In this document: piece after piece, positions 48,265 through 60,141 of the stretch | Layout of the letters: every line of letters starts with the position of its first letter | How positions within the stretch are numbered: the stretch's first letter is position 1 | From: Macrostomum hystrix | Lineage: Eukaryota; Animalia; Platyhelminthes | Length of the DNA stretch: 64,000 nucleotides | Direction of reading: 5' to 3' | Assembly (NCBI GenBank): GCA_950097015.1 | Contig: CATNEN010000006.1 | Coordinates: forward strand, 124,001 to 188,000 | Notes under the pieces: generated by a model | Told to the model about the DNA's origin: nothing | Seen by the model: the letters and a program-made list of their open reading frames with translations, nothing else | Database searches by the model: none | Position numbers and translations under genes: made by a program

Positions 48265-49084
48265 TTTGTAACAAATTGTCTAGACTGACTCCGTTTGCAG
48301 ACCTTTTGACAACTTTTTAAATAATTTACACAGACTTAAGGAAGAATTTAATCGAGAACTTTAGTGCGAAATCTTGACACTATTTTTTATGCTAGATTGA
48401 AATACTGAGGTATTTTTCGTATTAACTTAACTAATTCCTTTATAAATGGAAACAACCATTACCCTTCACCAATGTAGTAGCTTAGTTTGGATTCACGATA
48501 AATAAAAATTATTGACATGCAGGCTTAATTTACTTATCGCATAATTTTGAATGAGCGCGCTAGTTTATCTTATCTACCAGTGCTTACTCCAATAAGTAAA
48601 GTTAACAGGCTTGCAAGAAATAAAAATATATATTTATTTTTGCGTAATAACATATAGATTTAAAATGAAATAGTTTTTTTTCTTTTTTAGCAAGCTACTT
48701 CTTTGTTAATCTCAAACAAAACCGTCATCAATGCGATTGTTTCTAAAAGCACTGCTAAACCCAAATATAGTTAGGATTTTAAATATAGTTTTCGTTGTTT
48801 AATCTGTTCTGAAACTAACTCAGAATGCTGTGAACTTGCAAAACAGGCTGTTTTTCGAGAACGTAGAAGTGAGAAGGATTGTGTTCTGCAAATAATGCGG
48901 ATGCCGATGCTACCAATTACGGCAGAGTAGCTGTACCGCAGAACACTAGGGTAATTATGACTGATGAAAAAAACGTCATGTTGTAGTAAACTGAAATCAT
49001 TCGAAATATTTTATTATACATTTGGTATTTATTTGTATATGGTTGCTTGCTTAAATGGCTTGTATTGATTGCATATGGCTGTAC

Positions 49085-49399
49085 CAGCGTGCGTGCCTAA
49101 CGCGGCCTTCTGTCCTGCTGACTCAGCGGCGCCTGCGGCTGGCCGGGCATGTCATCCGGGCCGAAGCCTACTGCCCAGAGCCGCTGCAGGATGTCCTGCT
49201 GTGGACCTCACAGGGACCGCGCGGGCGCGGCCAGGGACGATCAGCCCGCGATGTCGACCGTCTTTTTGAAGACGCGCGAGCACCCAGCCAGACGGCCGGT
49301 GTGAAGCATGTTAGAGACCTGGCTCTGAAACGCGCGATTTGACGCTCCCCCTCTTGGCCACTTCTGTGGTCGGCGTGGGGCGTAACTATTATTATTATT
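49085..49399 (+). mobile_element. 5'-truncated RTE-like non-LTR retrotransposon 3' end
   Basis: TQRRLRLAGHVIRA...LLWTSQGPRGRGQGR is the typical RTE ORF C-terminus; (TAT)n tail; 12-bp TSD ATATGGCTGTAC at 49073-49084 and 49400-49411. Confidence 0.85.
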
Positions 49400-50785
49400 A
49401 TATGGCTGTACAAGTTCATAGAAAATGCGCACTGATTAAAAAATTGTTAAAAAACTGTTAAGTCCTTAAATTTTGCGGAAAAACGATTGACGATGATACG
49501 TTTTTTTGCTCTCATAATTTTTTGATTAAATTTACAGGCGTTTAAGTTTTCGCAAGAATGTATAGGACCGTTGATATAGTTGCGAGAAATTAATTAGGCG
49601 ATTTTTTTTATTAGCTTTAAATAAAAATCGTAGCGATCGTCGTTGTTACATAACGAACATTAATAAACAGTTATTATATTTTCACTAACTTTAGATGTAA
49701 ATTTATTGCATTTGGATTATATCATTATTTCGTTATAAGCTGTCTCTTGGATTTGTCGAGTTTTTTGTTTACCGAAATATGGAGGACATGTCATTTTTCA
49801 TGTGAATGACAGTTTAATGTCAGTTAGATGTCAGTGCCTTTAAACTAGCACTGTGGATTTCACGATTCTATGGATAGTTTAATAAATAAGGTTTGAAGTT
49901 TGACAGCTGCCTCGTTATGCAAGTGATGCTTTGACAATAGAAACAGCACGATGCCAATCGCCAAGCTCAATACACACTATCTTCAGGGAATGGATTGGTT
50001 CTTTGTTGCTGGGCTGTCAAAATGGGAGTCAATGTGATTTTTCATCTGCTAAGCCTAATTGTCACATTTTTCTGACAATCTCTTTATTGAGTGGCAATTA
50101 TTTGGCAGATTTTCTAATTAGCTATAATGTGGCAGGATGTAGTGAATAGACGGTTGCCGAGCGATGATATTTCTAGCATTGCTATCTGTCCTCTTTTGTT
50201 AAAGTACACGTATTGTACCTACTATTGTAGAATGATAATAAAATAAACTAGCAAGCAGTCACCTTTGAAGGCAAACGCTGTCTGCAAACGTATGGAAATT
50301 AAGCCAAGGCAGAAAAAATACAGCTACCCCGGTACTAACTATATACAGCTGTATAATATTCAACAAACACAAAGTCCCCCCAGCATTGCCAGGATCATGC
50401 AATTCTGTTTTGGGGTGAGTCAGGGACACGTACGCACTGACGTTTGAGCACTGGGCGGATATAGTAATCCGCATAAAATATGGTTTCAGACAGTGTCATT
50501 GTTGTCTAGCTTTGACTCAGCAACTGCACTCGCGTGCAAAGGCCCTCGATTTCTAACGTGCAGAAGAGCAGTCATGGCTGCAATGCTGGCTAAGAAAATC
50601 AATGCATTTTCAGCTAAGAAGTCGTTCTGATCAAGTTAAATAAAATGAGTTGGAAAAAGTATTTGCGAGACAGCCAAACGCGCTTAATATAACAGTTGCA
50701 TGAGGCAATAATACGAGGGCAAGCTAAATTCGATGTTTATAAATGTTGAGTATCATACAGGTAAATTTAATTGCGTGTAAAAAAA

Positions 50786-53584
50786 CTATTTTCTTAAAAA
50801 ACCGGAAACCTGTACATGATCTTGCAGTCGGCGAGCATTGTTCTGCGCCCCGGATTCAGCGTGATAGTTGCCAATGAATGATCCCTCCTCACCATACTCA
50901 CCTGAAAGTTAGTAAACCAAGGAAGCAACTAAGTACTTTTAGACATTCTTGACGGGTTTCAGACATTCGAGGAACTCACGATAGTCGATCACATCCACGG
51001 CGCACTGAGCAGAACTCTCGCTAGAGAGGCCGCTGACCGGAGAGAGCCTGTGTCCAGGCTGGTCAGGCTCCCAGACTCCGTCCAGCCTGTCGGGCTGCCG
51101 ATATTCGCTGAACACCTCGGCGCGCGCCTCCGCCTGCGGATCATAGCCCCACCGGAGCTCTTGTTTGGCCACCTGGTAGGTTCGCCCAACCTGCCTGGTT
51201 GCCACGCGGATGCCGACTGCCAAGCATGCCAGCAGCAGCAGCGTGAGGACGACCGCAGCGACGACCTGCGCGCTTGCGCCTGCCAGATTCTGCTGTGAAG
51301 CTGCCTCCGGTGGCTGCCGAATGGACACCGTAAGGTTCTTCAGCTGGCCTGTGATGTCGAAATCGGTCGAATAGAAACAGCGGGTATCCCGGAGACAGTC
51401 CTGAGCCAGCATCCGACTGCCAGACAGCGACTGTGGCTTCTGAATCTGCAGGCTGCCCATAGCGGCTAAGGATCTGTACCGCAGGTTGAACACGGGGGTA
51501 AGACTGCGACCTTGAGTCAGCTGCGATCTGCAGGATGGCTGTATCCAGAGGACCACGCGGCCTCGATCGTTGTCAGTCTCCAGTGCGCAGCTGACGTTAT
51601 CTCGGAACAGAGCCGAGCTAGGCAGCAGTGTTCTGGAGTCCAGTCTGAGGGAGACTAGGATTTCGACGCCGATCTTGGTCAGGAAGTTGGAGAACTGATC
51701 ACTCAGACGGAATTCAAATCTCGTGCCGTTGTTTAAGTCGCATCGCTTGGAGTAGCAATCGCTATCGTCTTTGACTACAAAGTCTTCCATCGTAGGCCTT
51801 GGAATGAATACAATTTCACTTCCCTGACTTCCGACAGAGTAATCAGATGCACCGAGCAGCTGCGACTCTGTTGAATTTACTGAAGCCGTACATTCAAAGC
51901 GGTGACTAAAGTTTGTTCCAAGCACGGGATGCGAAGGTGGAACTCGGGTTATATTAATTGACAAGCTTCTCGAATAACTGACGGCTAATGTGGTCAGGTG
52001 CATCCAGTTGTCTATGGCGGAAGCCTGCTGACGAAATTCCTTATCAGACAATGCGACCCAGTTGGATTTATCCCCACTAGCGAGTAGCATGTAAAACACC
52101 GGTGTGATAGTTACGGAATTCAGTCCTGAGAATGTCACTGTACAGTTATAAGCCATAGATTCGCCTTCTATGGCGTACACTCTGTGAGGCAGCAGACCTG
52201 AAGTCGCAGATTCCAAGACGGAAGCCTGTGGAAAGCGGGGCATCGAGATTACTGCGACTTCAAACTCGAAAAACTTTGACCCGGCCTCGCATCTGTAGAT
52301 GCCATTGTGCACATCAGACACAGATGACGTGAATTCGATCATGTTACCAGTTCTGAATATTCGCAAATCATCCACAAGACTCCACTCGTCCAGATGAGCT
52401 GGGATAAGCGGCTTTCCGTCGCGATAAAATCGATAGACCTCGCTTTTATCGCTGCAAATGATTGGGCACACAAGGGCGGTGTTGTCCATGCCCGACATCA
52501 CAGTCACCTTTCTCTGAAGATTTGGCACGACCTCGCATTCGCGAGATGCCGCAGTGCCATTGCAGCCCCGGTAAAAAACTTCTTCTAGGGGAATACGCAC
52601 CCTGACCGGACCCGTGCTCACGTAGGGCTCAGAGTCGCCCGTCACCGATGCGATGGTGCAGATGCCGATGGAAAACTGAGGCATGCATTCTTCATAGAAC
52701 AGCTTCACTTCCCTGCTGAGACCGCAGTTTGAGAACCACAGCTTGCCGTCTCTCAGATTTAGGTGCAACAGTTTGGCGCGGTTTCTGTGCATTGAGTCCA
52801 TCTTTGAATGGTAATTAACAAAGAGAATCGAATTGCTGAGCTGATAAGTAATGCACGACGAAGAATCAAAATACAGAATCATTCCCAGGTTGAGCTTCGC
52901 TTTCAGAAACCCCGGCGCTGACTCAATAGCTGCAACAATCTCATGTCTTAAAAAGTCGACTCTAGCAAAGCTATCATCATACGAGTAGCGAGTAATATTA
53001 GTGGCGAAGCTAACAGCACTGTCAGTGAGAAATCCTGGCGTGAAGCTGCGCCCAGAAGCAGACGATGACACCGCCGTCACCGGGTCCAGGTTCCAGATCC
53101 GCAGAGGCTTGGACTCCAGCCGGCCAGTGGAAAACTTCACTCTAACTAGCAGCTCCAGGCTCTCAGTGATGGCGTCCTTCTGTGACAGTTCTGACTGGCC
53201 GATGTGCAAGCTGAAATCCTCAGCTTCCTTTAAGCTCGATGAGATTATGAATGGCAGGCTGCCTGCACAGCGCACCGCCGTCTCAGAAGCCGCAGTGCCA
53301 ACCGAGCCCAGATCCACAACACCCGCTAATGCTGACTTCGGACACCGGAAGCTGAGCAGCCTTCTTAGACCGAGGCCTGTGTCTCCGGCAATGCGAAGCC
53401 TCAGTCCAATCTTCGTGCCCTTCCTGAGCACAGCGATCGCGCCCGAGTCACCGACCTCCCAGACTTCGTCCCAATTTAGGAGTAGCTTGGCAGACCCACT
53501 GCAGTTGAAGTACGGAGCCTGAGACCAGTTCACCGCCAGATGGACCGTGCTCAGCAGCAGCATGAGCAGAAACTGGTTGTGCAT
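50786..53584 (-). CDS. Type I membrane Ig-domain receptor with L1CAM/neuroglian-type cytoplasmic tail; two exons (53584-50980, 50901-50786), about 906 aa
   Basis: Signal peptide; Ig motifs ALVC...FYRDG...NGIYRCEA and EGESMAYNC...FECTAS; TM VVAAVVLTLLLLACLAVGI; tail TYQVAKQELRWGYDP...FSEYRQP. Donor C|GTGAGT (50979), branch TACTAAC, acceptor TTTCAG (50902); exon 2 encodes EYGEEGSFIGNY. Confidence 0.8.
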
Positions 53585-54766
53585 GGTGCAGGTCTGGCAA
53601 TCGATCCATAACGATAATGGGAGGAATTAGCTTTCTAATAAAATATAATTTAGTCAAATTAGTCTAAAATAAAAAAATATTTAAGGAACGGAAATATCAC
53701 CACTAATAATTTTTGTAGTAGCATTAATTATATAAAGTGGTTTTGACTAGGCCTTGACAACGATCAATAATTAATCTAAATGATTTCTGTAAAGTTTTCC
53801 AGCAATCAAGTCAACACAAGGACAAAATGACTCACATTATTTTCTTCTAGAAGGCTTCGTCTTGATATTAAGAACAAATGTGATTATAAAAAAGAAAAAA
53901 TAAAAAAGAAATAAAGAGACTATAAAAATTTCCCACTGCCGACTTTGCTGTGGAAACTGAGAAGAGTTTTAAATAGTTAAACTTTTTAGCCGCTAAGATT
54001 AAAACAAAAATAGGTGATCAGCCTTCAACTCTGAACCTGCAATTCTTTAAACTTGTTCTTAAATAAAAAAAAATATTTTTTCGTCTTCTAAAATTATAAT
54101 CGTGATTTTGAGTTAAATTTGATTTAAAAAATAACTACCTACAATCCTACATCACACTGCGTTGAATAAAGTATACGCGTAATAAAGAGTTATGCATAAT
54201 TCCCCGATGCTAAATTTCATATGTGATTAGTAGAATATTTAAATTGTGCTTCTATTTTTATGTGAACGAATATAATTTCATAACGTTATGCAACTTCATC
54301 TGTCCTCATTTGTATCAGTTTTGGTAAACAAGATTGGTAAACTAGATTTATTTTCAATTCTGACCGTAAAATCATATACGTATTCGTATTCTTAATTTGA
54401 TAATCGCACACAAGACTTCATATTTCTTCAGCAGTCTTCACTTGTTATAGATCCTATACAAAGTGATTCTTGAGCGGTTTGTGCTCTGGTATCTTTTTGC
54501 TAAACAGAGTTGCAACAACTGCAGCGGAAGGCACAAGAATTTATAACATTACACTATAGGAATAATTGTCTCCCTATCAGGGGTTTAAAATCGGAACAAC
54601 GCGATACAAAAGAATCCTTATCTTTATTTCGAAGGGAGAACCTGATAAAATATGTGCATTTATTATAAACAAACGAACAGCATGTGGCAAGGGGACTTAA
54701 TTAGAAATATGCGTTTGCTGAGCACAGTTAAAATATCCATACAAGCTCATAACAGGTTAAGCCGCA

Positions 54767-55081
54767 ATGGTCATGACAATTGATCTACTACTTCTGGTCG
54801 CTCAGCTGACACCGCAACTCGGGGCAACAACAGCAGCCTGTCCGAACAGAGATTACATCCCGGTGTGCGGCGCAGATGGCTTAACGCATCCGAGTCGTTG
54901 CTGGGCGGAGTCGGCCGGCGTACCGGTGGTCAGCGAGGGCGTCTGTCCGGGCTCGCAGCGTCGCTGCACGCGCCAGCTGGCCCCGGTGTGCGGTGCCAAC
55001 GGCTTTGTCTATCCGAACGTGTGCATTGCAGAGGCAGACCAGGTGCGAGTGCTGCGAGACGGATTTTGCGACGAATTTTAA
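54767..55081 (+). CDS. Secreted two-domain Kazal-type serine protease inhibitor
   Basis: Hydrophobic N-terminus; CPNRDYIPVCGADGLTHPSRC...EGVC and CTRQLAPVCGANGFVYPNVC...DGFC. Confidence 0.88.
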   Translation: MVMTIDLLLLVAQLTPQLGATTAACPNRDYIPVCGADGLTHPSRCWAESAGVPVVSEGVCPGSQRRCTRQLAPVCGANGFVYPNVCIAEADQVRVLRDGFCDEF

Positions 55082-55552
55082 TCATTTACAAATAACAAAC
55101 CCTAAGCGTTATTTGTTTGCATTGCATGAGAAAGACAATATAAACGAGCGAATTGTTTTGCCAAATAATCTACGAGATATTTGAGTATAGTAGATATTAT
55201 CGAGACTTTTACGTAGTGTTTCAAATTGTATTTTTTTAATTGATGGATTTTGATTGTCAAGTTTTCAATTCCATTCGAATAGTGTGGAAGCAGCGGTTTC
55301 GCGTTTAACTCGCAATTAAGTTCCTGAGCTCGATTCCGCGGCAAGACCACATTAATTTGGAGCGCTGCCGCGGAGCGAAGGTTTAGTGGCTTGTCGTGCA
55401 ATTTACGAGTACGCCCTCAACAGTTGGACTATGTGAGAGATACAATTCAGACTACTGTCAACAGTAGAAAAGCAAAGACTTGGCTGCAAAATTCTCACAT
55501 AACACAAAAAAATATCGCCATAAAAATGGCAAGGCTAAAAGAGACTTCTGTG

Positions 55553-55648
55553 CACACTAAGAGTGGTGGCTATGGCTGACTGAAGGCAAACAAGCCAGAA
55601 ACCGGTCTCGGTCTGCCAGCGCGAGGTTCGTTCCCCACTTTTAGTGTG
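55553..55648 (+). ncRNA. Hammerhead-ribozyme-like three-way junction (variant core)
   Basis: CTGAAG, stem II GGC-aaacaa-GCC, GAAA, stem III ACCG-gtct-CGGT, GTC triplet, outer stem CACACTAAGAGTGG/CCACTTTTAGTGTG. The core deviates from CUGANGA. Confidence 0.4.
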
Positions 55649-57149
55649 CTACAGACTACCAAGCCCTTTTGCCGCCCGTTTTTATACCAAGGGGGGTTTT
55701 GACAGCGCCTGAATGCTAACAGCGTTGGGTGGTGACTGATTGGTTGACAGACTAGGCGATGGTATCCTGTGGTTGAGCTTCGCCTATTAGGCTTGATCCG
55801 TGAAATAGGAGAAGTTTGTGTCAGGTTGTGTATGGTGGCCTAGTTACACCTGTTGTTGCTCTGTAAGGTTCAGCAGTTCGTCTATATAAAGGTGGGTGAC
55901 CACCGAAGAAGGAGATGATGCAGGCACATTTGGGTGACATTCTGATGAATTTTGAAGGCCTGGCAAGGCCGCACTGAGGTGCAGTGCTAATTCGTGTATG
56001 CTAGCGCTTATGGGAAAAATCTGACCTTTGGCCCTAACCATATCTCGACGTTCTGAAGAGCTGGCGACTTGATTATTGTTTAAGAAGATGCGCAATTAAA
56101 AGTTAGCGCGTGTTCTTGAGTTTCGTGTGATTGCGTTGCCCCATTCGGGTGCAGCAGAAAAATTGTCTTTGTGCTCTTGTGTTAAGGGCCAACCTCCTGG
56201 GCACAGTGAGAGTGTACACTGCCTGACGATGAGAAAATCAGGACAGATGTACACACCTGTGTGAGTGTGTGCCTGCTTACAGTGTCTGTGTGCGAGTGTG
56301 CTCAGTAGTCAGTGAATGGGCAGAGCTGCCTGATCCAAATGATTCGCCAGTGCCCTCAACCCGTATGCCAATATTATTATAATAGCCCAGATCGGGCCAA
56401 CTGTAAGTGGCACAGCCGCAGCTATTGCAAGGAACTATGTACACTACGAAACAATGTGTGTATGTACTTGAGCAACACTTTTAATTACCAATTGATTCAG
56501 TTCACTCAGCTGCGAAATTGGTACTAGCATCAGCTGGGGTAGAAATTAAAGCTATAGTGTCATGGCGTCCTCCCAGTCCAAAAGGGGGCAGAGCTTCAGA
56601 AATATTAGAAATAGTTTATAGTTTTGACAAGAATTTTATATGCAGCCTCTAAAAATGACATTATTCATCTATACTCCAGACTGGTTGTTTTGCAAAGTGA
56701 AAGCGGCTGGAATATTTTTACACATTCGTGGACACATTTTTTGACAAGATGAACGTTGCAAATGCTACACCAAGTTATTAGGAGTCTACAGTAAAACAAA
56801 ATTTGACGCTTCGATTTCATTCCTAGACGAGGCATACTTCGCAATCTGGTCTGTAGGCTTTGGCTGCGGCATAGTAACCTTGTTGTGTGAGCTAAAACCT
56901 GTTCACAATCGCATCTGAAGATATTTATCAGGCTATTTAAACTGCGATGCCAACTTTAAGACGCATTTTCTGCGACTTTTTTCTATGAACTCAGAGGCAG
57001 TCTTATCGAAGAAGATTTTCTAAACTAGCTTACTTACTATATTGCTTGCTTGCGGACTTATGTTCGCATAGCAGTTATTATAACTGTTTTATGCAGTTAG
57101 TTATCCGGGCGTGCAGTGGATTTCCAAATTTGGAGTGATACATAGAATA

Positions 57150-58772
57150 TATAGCATTTTGCGAGCTATTGCAGACTACGAGCAAGCAATTTAATCCCAG
57201 AGAGCAAAAACACACGCATTTCGAGCCTCGATGCTAGCTGTCTATGGTAAAAAGTGTATCAAACCGGCAGGCAATTTAATCCATCGAGCACTCATTTAGG
57301 CACTGAAGCCCACAAACAGCGCTGTCTATGATGTTCCTCTCTCCGTTTTTCATCATGTCAGACGAAAGTGACCAAGCCAGCACCATTTTTGAAGACATCG
57401 ACGGAATCGCTGCCGAAGATGACGGAGCGCCACCTGTGCAATATGCAAAGATTAGCGACGAAAAGCATAAATTGATAATCGACGCAATCGACAGAGGCGA
57501 TAACAACAGAAGCATTGCGCGCTGGCTAAATGTAAAGGCCAAGACCGTTGCTAGCATTCGAAGACGGTACGAAATTACTGGCCGCAGTGAACGGCTGCGA
57601 CGTGGCGGTGACCATTCGTCGAAGATGGCATTGGAACATGTCCAGGCGCTGCTGATAGCACTGGACCAGAATTCTCTCTTGACTTTGAAAGAGATGCAGC
57701 GTATTTTACTGGATCAGTTTCCTGGAGTGCAAGTGAGTGAAGCAACCGTGAGTCATTCTCTGGACAAGCAGCTGATTACGTCAAAGTGCCTCGGTCGCGA
57801 TCCTGATGTCCCGGAAACAATAAAAAATCCAGCCAACATAGCGCGCAGGCAAGAATTCGCACAGTGGTTGACAGGCCTACCGATGGATTGCCGGCTGGTG
57901 TATGTGGACGAAACGGGATTCAACATTTGGACCTGTCGGTCATTTGGACGGAGCAGACGAGGTCAGCGAGTTCGCCGAGTTCTACACACACAGCGAGGTG
58001 TGCAAGTAAATGTAATTCAAGCTACTTCTTTTGACATGGGCCTGGTCAATCATAAAAACCACAGCAATGGAATCATCTATGGGCAGTGGTACATCGTGAT
58101 GGACGGACCCCGGTTCCACAATGCGGCCAGAATTCCGGCCCAGTTCGCGACAAACTGGCACATCGTGGTTTTGCCTCCCTATTCACTATTCTTGAATCCT
58201 GTAGAATGCGCGCATTCATGCCTGAAGGCAGCCATCAAGAGGGAGTTGGCCCGACCAGCTGTGCAACTGGAACTGGACACTCCGCCTCCGGAAACTACGC
58301 TACGTGACTGGCGTGTCCTGGTGCTGTAGAGACTTTCCGAGGAAGCGACGGCAGAGATCACACTTGTGAAGTGCGGCGGCTGGTTCAGGCAGATGCTGCA
58401 CTATGTTCCGCGCTGCATCGCTGGGGAGGTGATTATGTAACTTTCTGAAGTCTGAACTTATCTAAAAACCTTTCTGTGTGTTTCTTTCTATGCTGCAAGG
58501 TTTCGTTAAGTGAATTTGTTAACTTCTACTGTATCTTGTTCTTATTTTATCACATGGAGCTTCCAGGTTGATTCGGTTGGAGGCATGCATCAAATAAATT
58601 GAAATGCTGAGCGCGATAGTGCTTAAATGAGTGCTCGATGGATTAAATTGCCTGCCGGTTTGATACACTTTTTACCATAGACAGCTAGCATCGAGGCTCG
58701 AAATGCGTGTGTTTTTGCTCTCTGGGATTAAATTGCTTGCTCGTAGTCTGCAATAGCTTGCAAAATGCTATA
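57150..58772 (+). mobile_element. Tc1/IS630-superfamily DNA transposon with 155-bp TIRs and TA flanks
   Basis: TIRs 57150-57304 and 58618-58772, including the TA, with 2 mismatches; internal transposase ORF. Confidence 0.92.
57328..58440 (+). pseudogene. Tc1/IS630-type DDE transposase, inactivated by a premature TAG at 58327-58329
   Basis: HTH region SIARWLNVKAKTVASIRRRY; YVDETGF (D), IVMDG (D), LNPVE (E). The frame continues after the TAG as RLSEEATAEITLVKCGGWFRQMLHYVPRCIAGEVIM*. Confidence 0.85.
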
Positions 58773-60141
58773 GTAGAGTAAGTAGACCTCATCTTCACTT
58801 AGCGCCATTGTCTCATATTGAAGGGATATTATGGTTGCACGCCTTGAAAATCTAAGCCCATGAATTACTTTATCTGTCTTGCCAAGCTGACCATAATTTG
58901 GGCCATAGACATGTGGAGCGTGCACCAATGAAGCGTATTGTGACACGCTTCAACTGTCTATGGGTAAGAGGTCCCCAAGGTCATTCAATCCCAGTGGAGA
59001 ATGGCTATGATTGCACCAATGTATTTGACAGAGAGCGCGCACTCTTTGGCATTCTCTACAATATCGTTTTAATCATGATCGCTTTCATAACTTGCGCAAA
59101 TGGTCTTGTCCATAGACTACAGCCGCGCCCTAGGCGCCCTCTACAAAATATCATTGGCTGACTTGTCTATGGTTCAGATAGAATATAATCTATGGTGGCC
59201 ATCGATTTCAGACAGCCAAAGCGCCTGACACTGAATCGCGCCATCGGACCTCTTTTTGCTTTGGGGTTGCTCAGCTTTTTCTTGTTGTTGTTTCTGTGTT
59301 GCCGTAGCATTGCAAATCACTACAAAAAGGCCATGCACCCAGAAGTTTACCATTCGACTACCGACCACCAATTGACGTTGGTCAGAGCCTTCTCAGATTA
59401 TGAGATTAGTGAGTTTTGAAAATAAATTTGTCTATGGCCCCTTTTCCTCGTCATCAGGACGATGGCTACTTACACCGGAAATCGTAAAAGAAAACATTCT
59501 CAAAGAACCATTCTCAATCCAAAGCTTCGTTCGTTACGCTCATTACATGTATTTTAGATTGCAAAGAAATCGAATTGTAGAATTAAATTTCATAAATTTT
59601 CTATAATTTCCTCGGCGTATATCTAGATGCATTTTATAAGGCATTGCAGCATAAAATTTTAACTAAGCAGACTATGCAAGAATCCAGAAAATTGACAAAA
59701 AAGATTTAAGCATTTTAGGAACAGGTACAATAAATGTGACAATGTGAGGATTGATTTAGGCTAAATATTAGGCGTTTAAAAATTAAATAAATTTTGCTAC
59801 TAAAATATAACATTTTTTTCGCAGCCAGAAAAATTTCATGCGAAAAAGTTTGGCATTTATTGTACTCATGAATAGTAGGAGCAGGGCACAACAAAACGTT
59901 TCGCTAATCTAAAAAATATTTCAAAGACTGTTAGCCGTCTAAGCTTGATCGATTCTCGTCTTGGTTATATAACATTATAAATTAATTGACTGCAGGCGTT
60001 GTCAGTGAATCCGACTCGAGAATTTTAATCAGGTACATTTCATAGATGTACGGTGCACCGATGCCAATAAGGTCCTTACGACAGTTCAGAATAGTCCTTA
60101 CTGCTGACGGAAACAATCGAGACATTCAGCACCTGCTTGTT

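Noticed and set aside
50939-50979. C-terminal ...KPVKNV as a PDZ-binding motif of the 881-aa ORF
   Set aside because: It lies within a canonical 78-nt intron and is probably read-through, unless intron retention is shown.
58773-59420. Degenerate coding-like sequence interrupted by the Tc1 element
   Set aside because: Stops occur in all frames and I cannot assign a family; a tBLASTx of the joined flanks would be needed.
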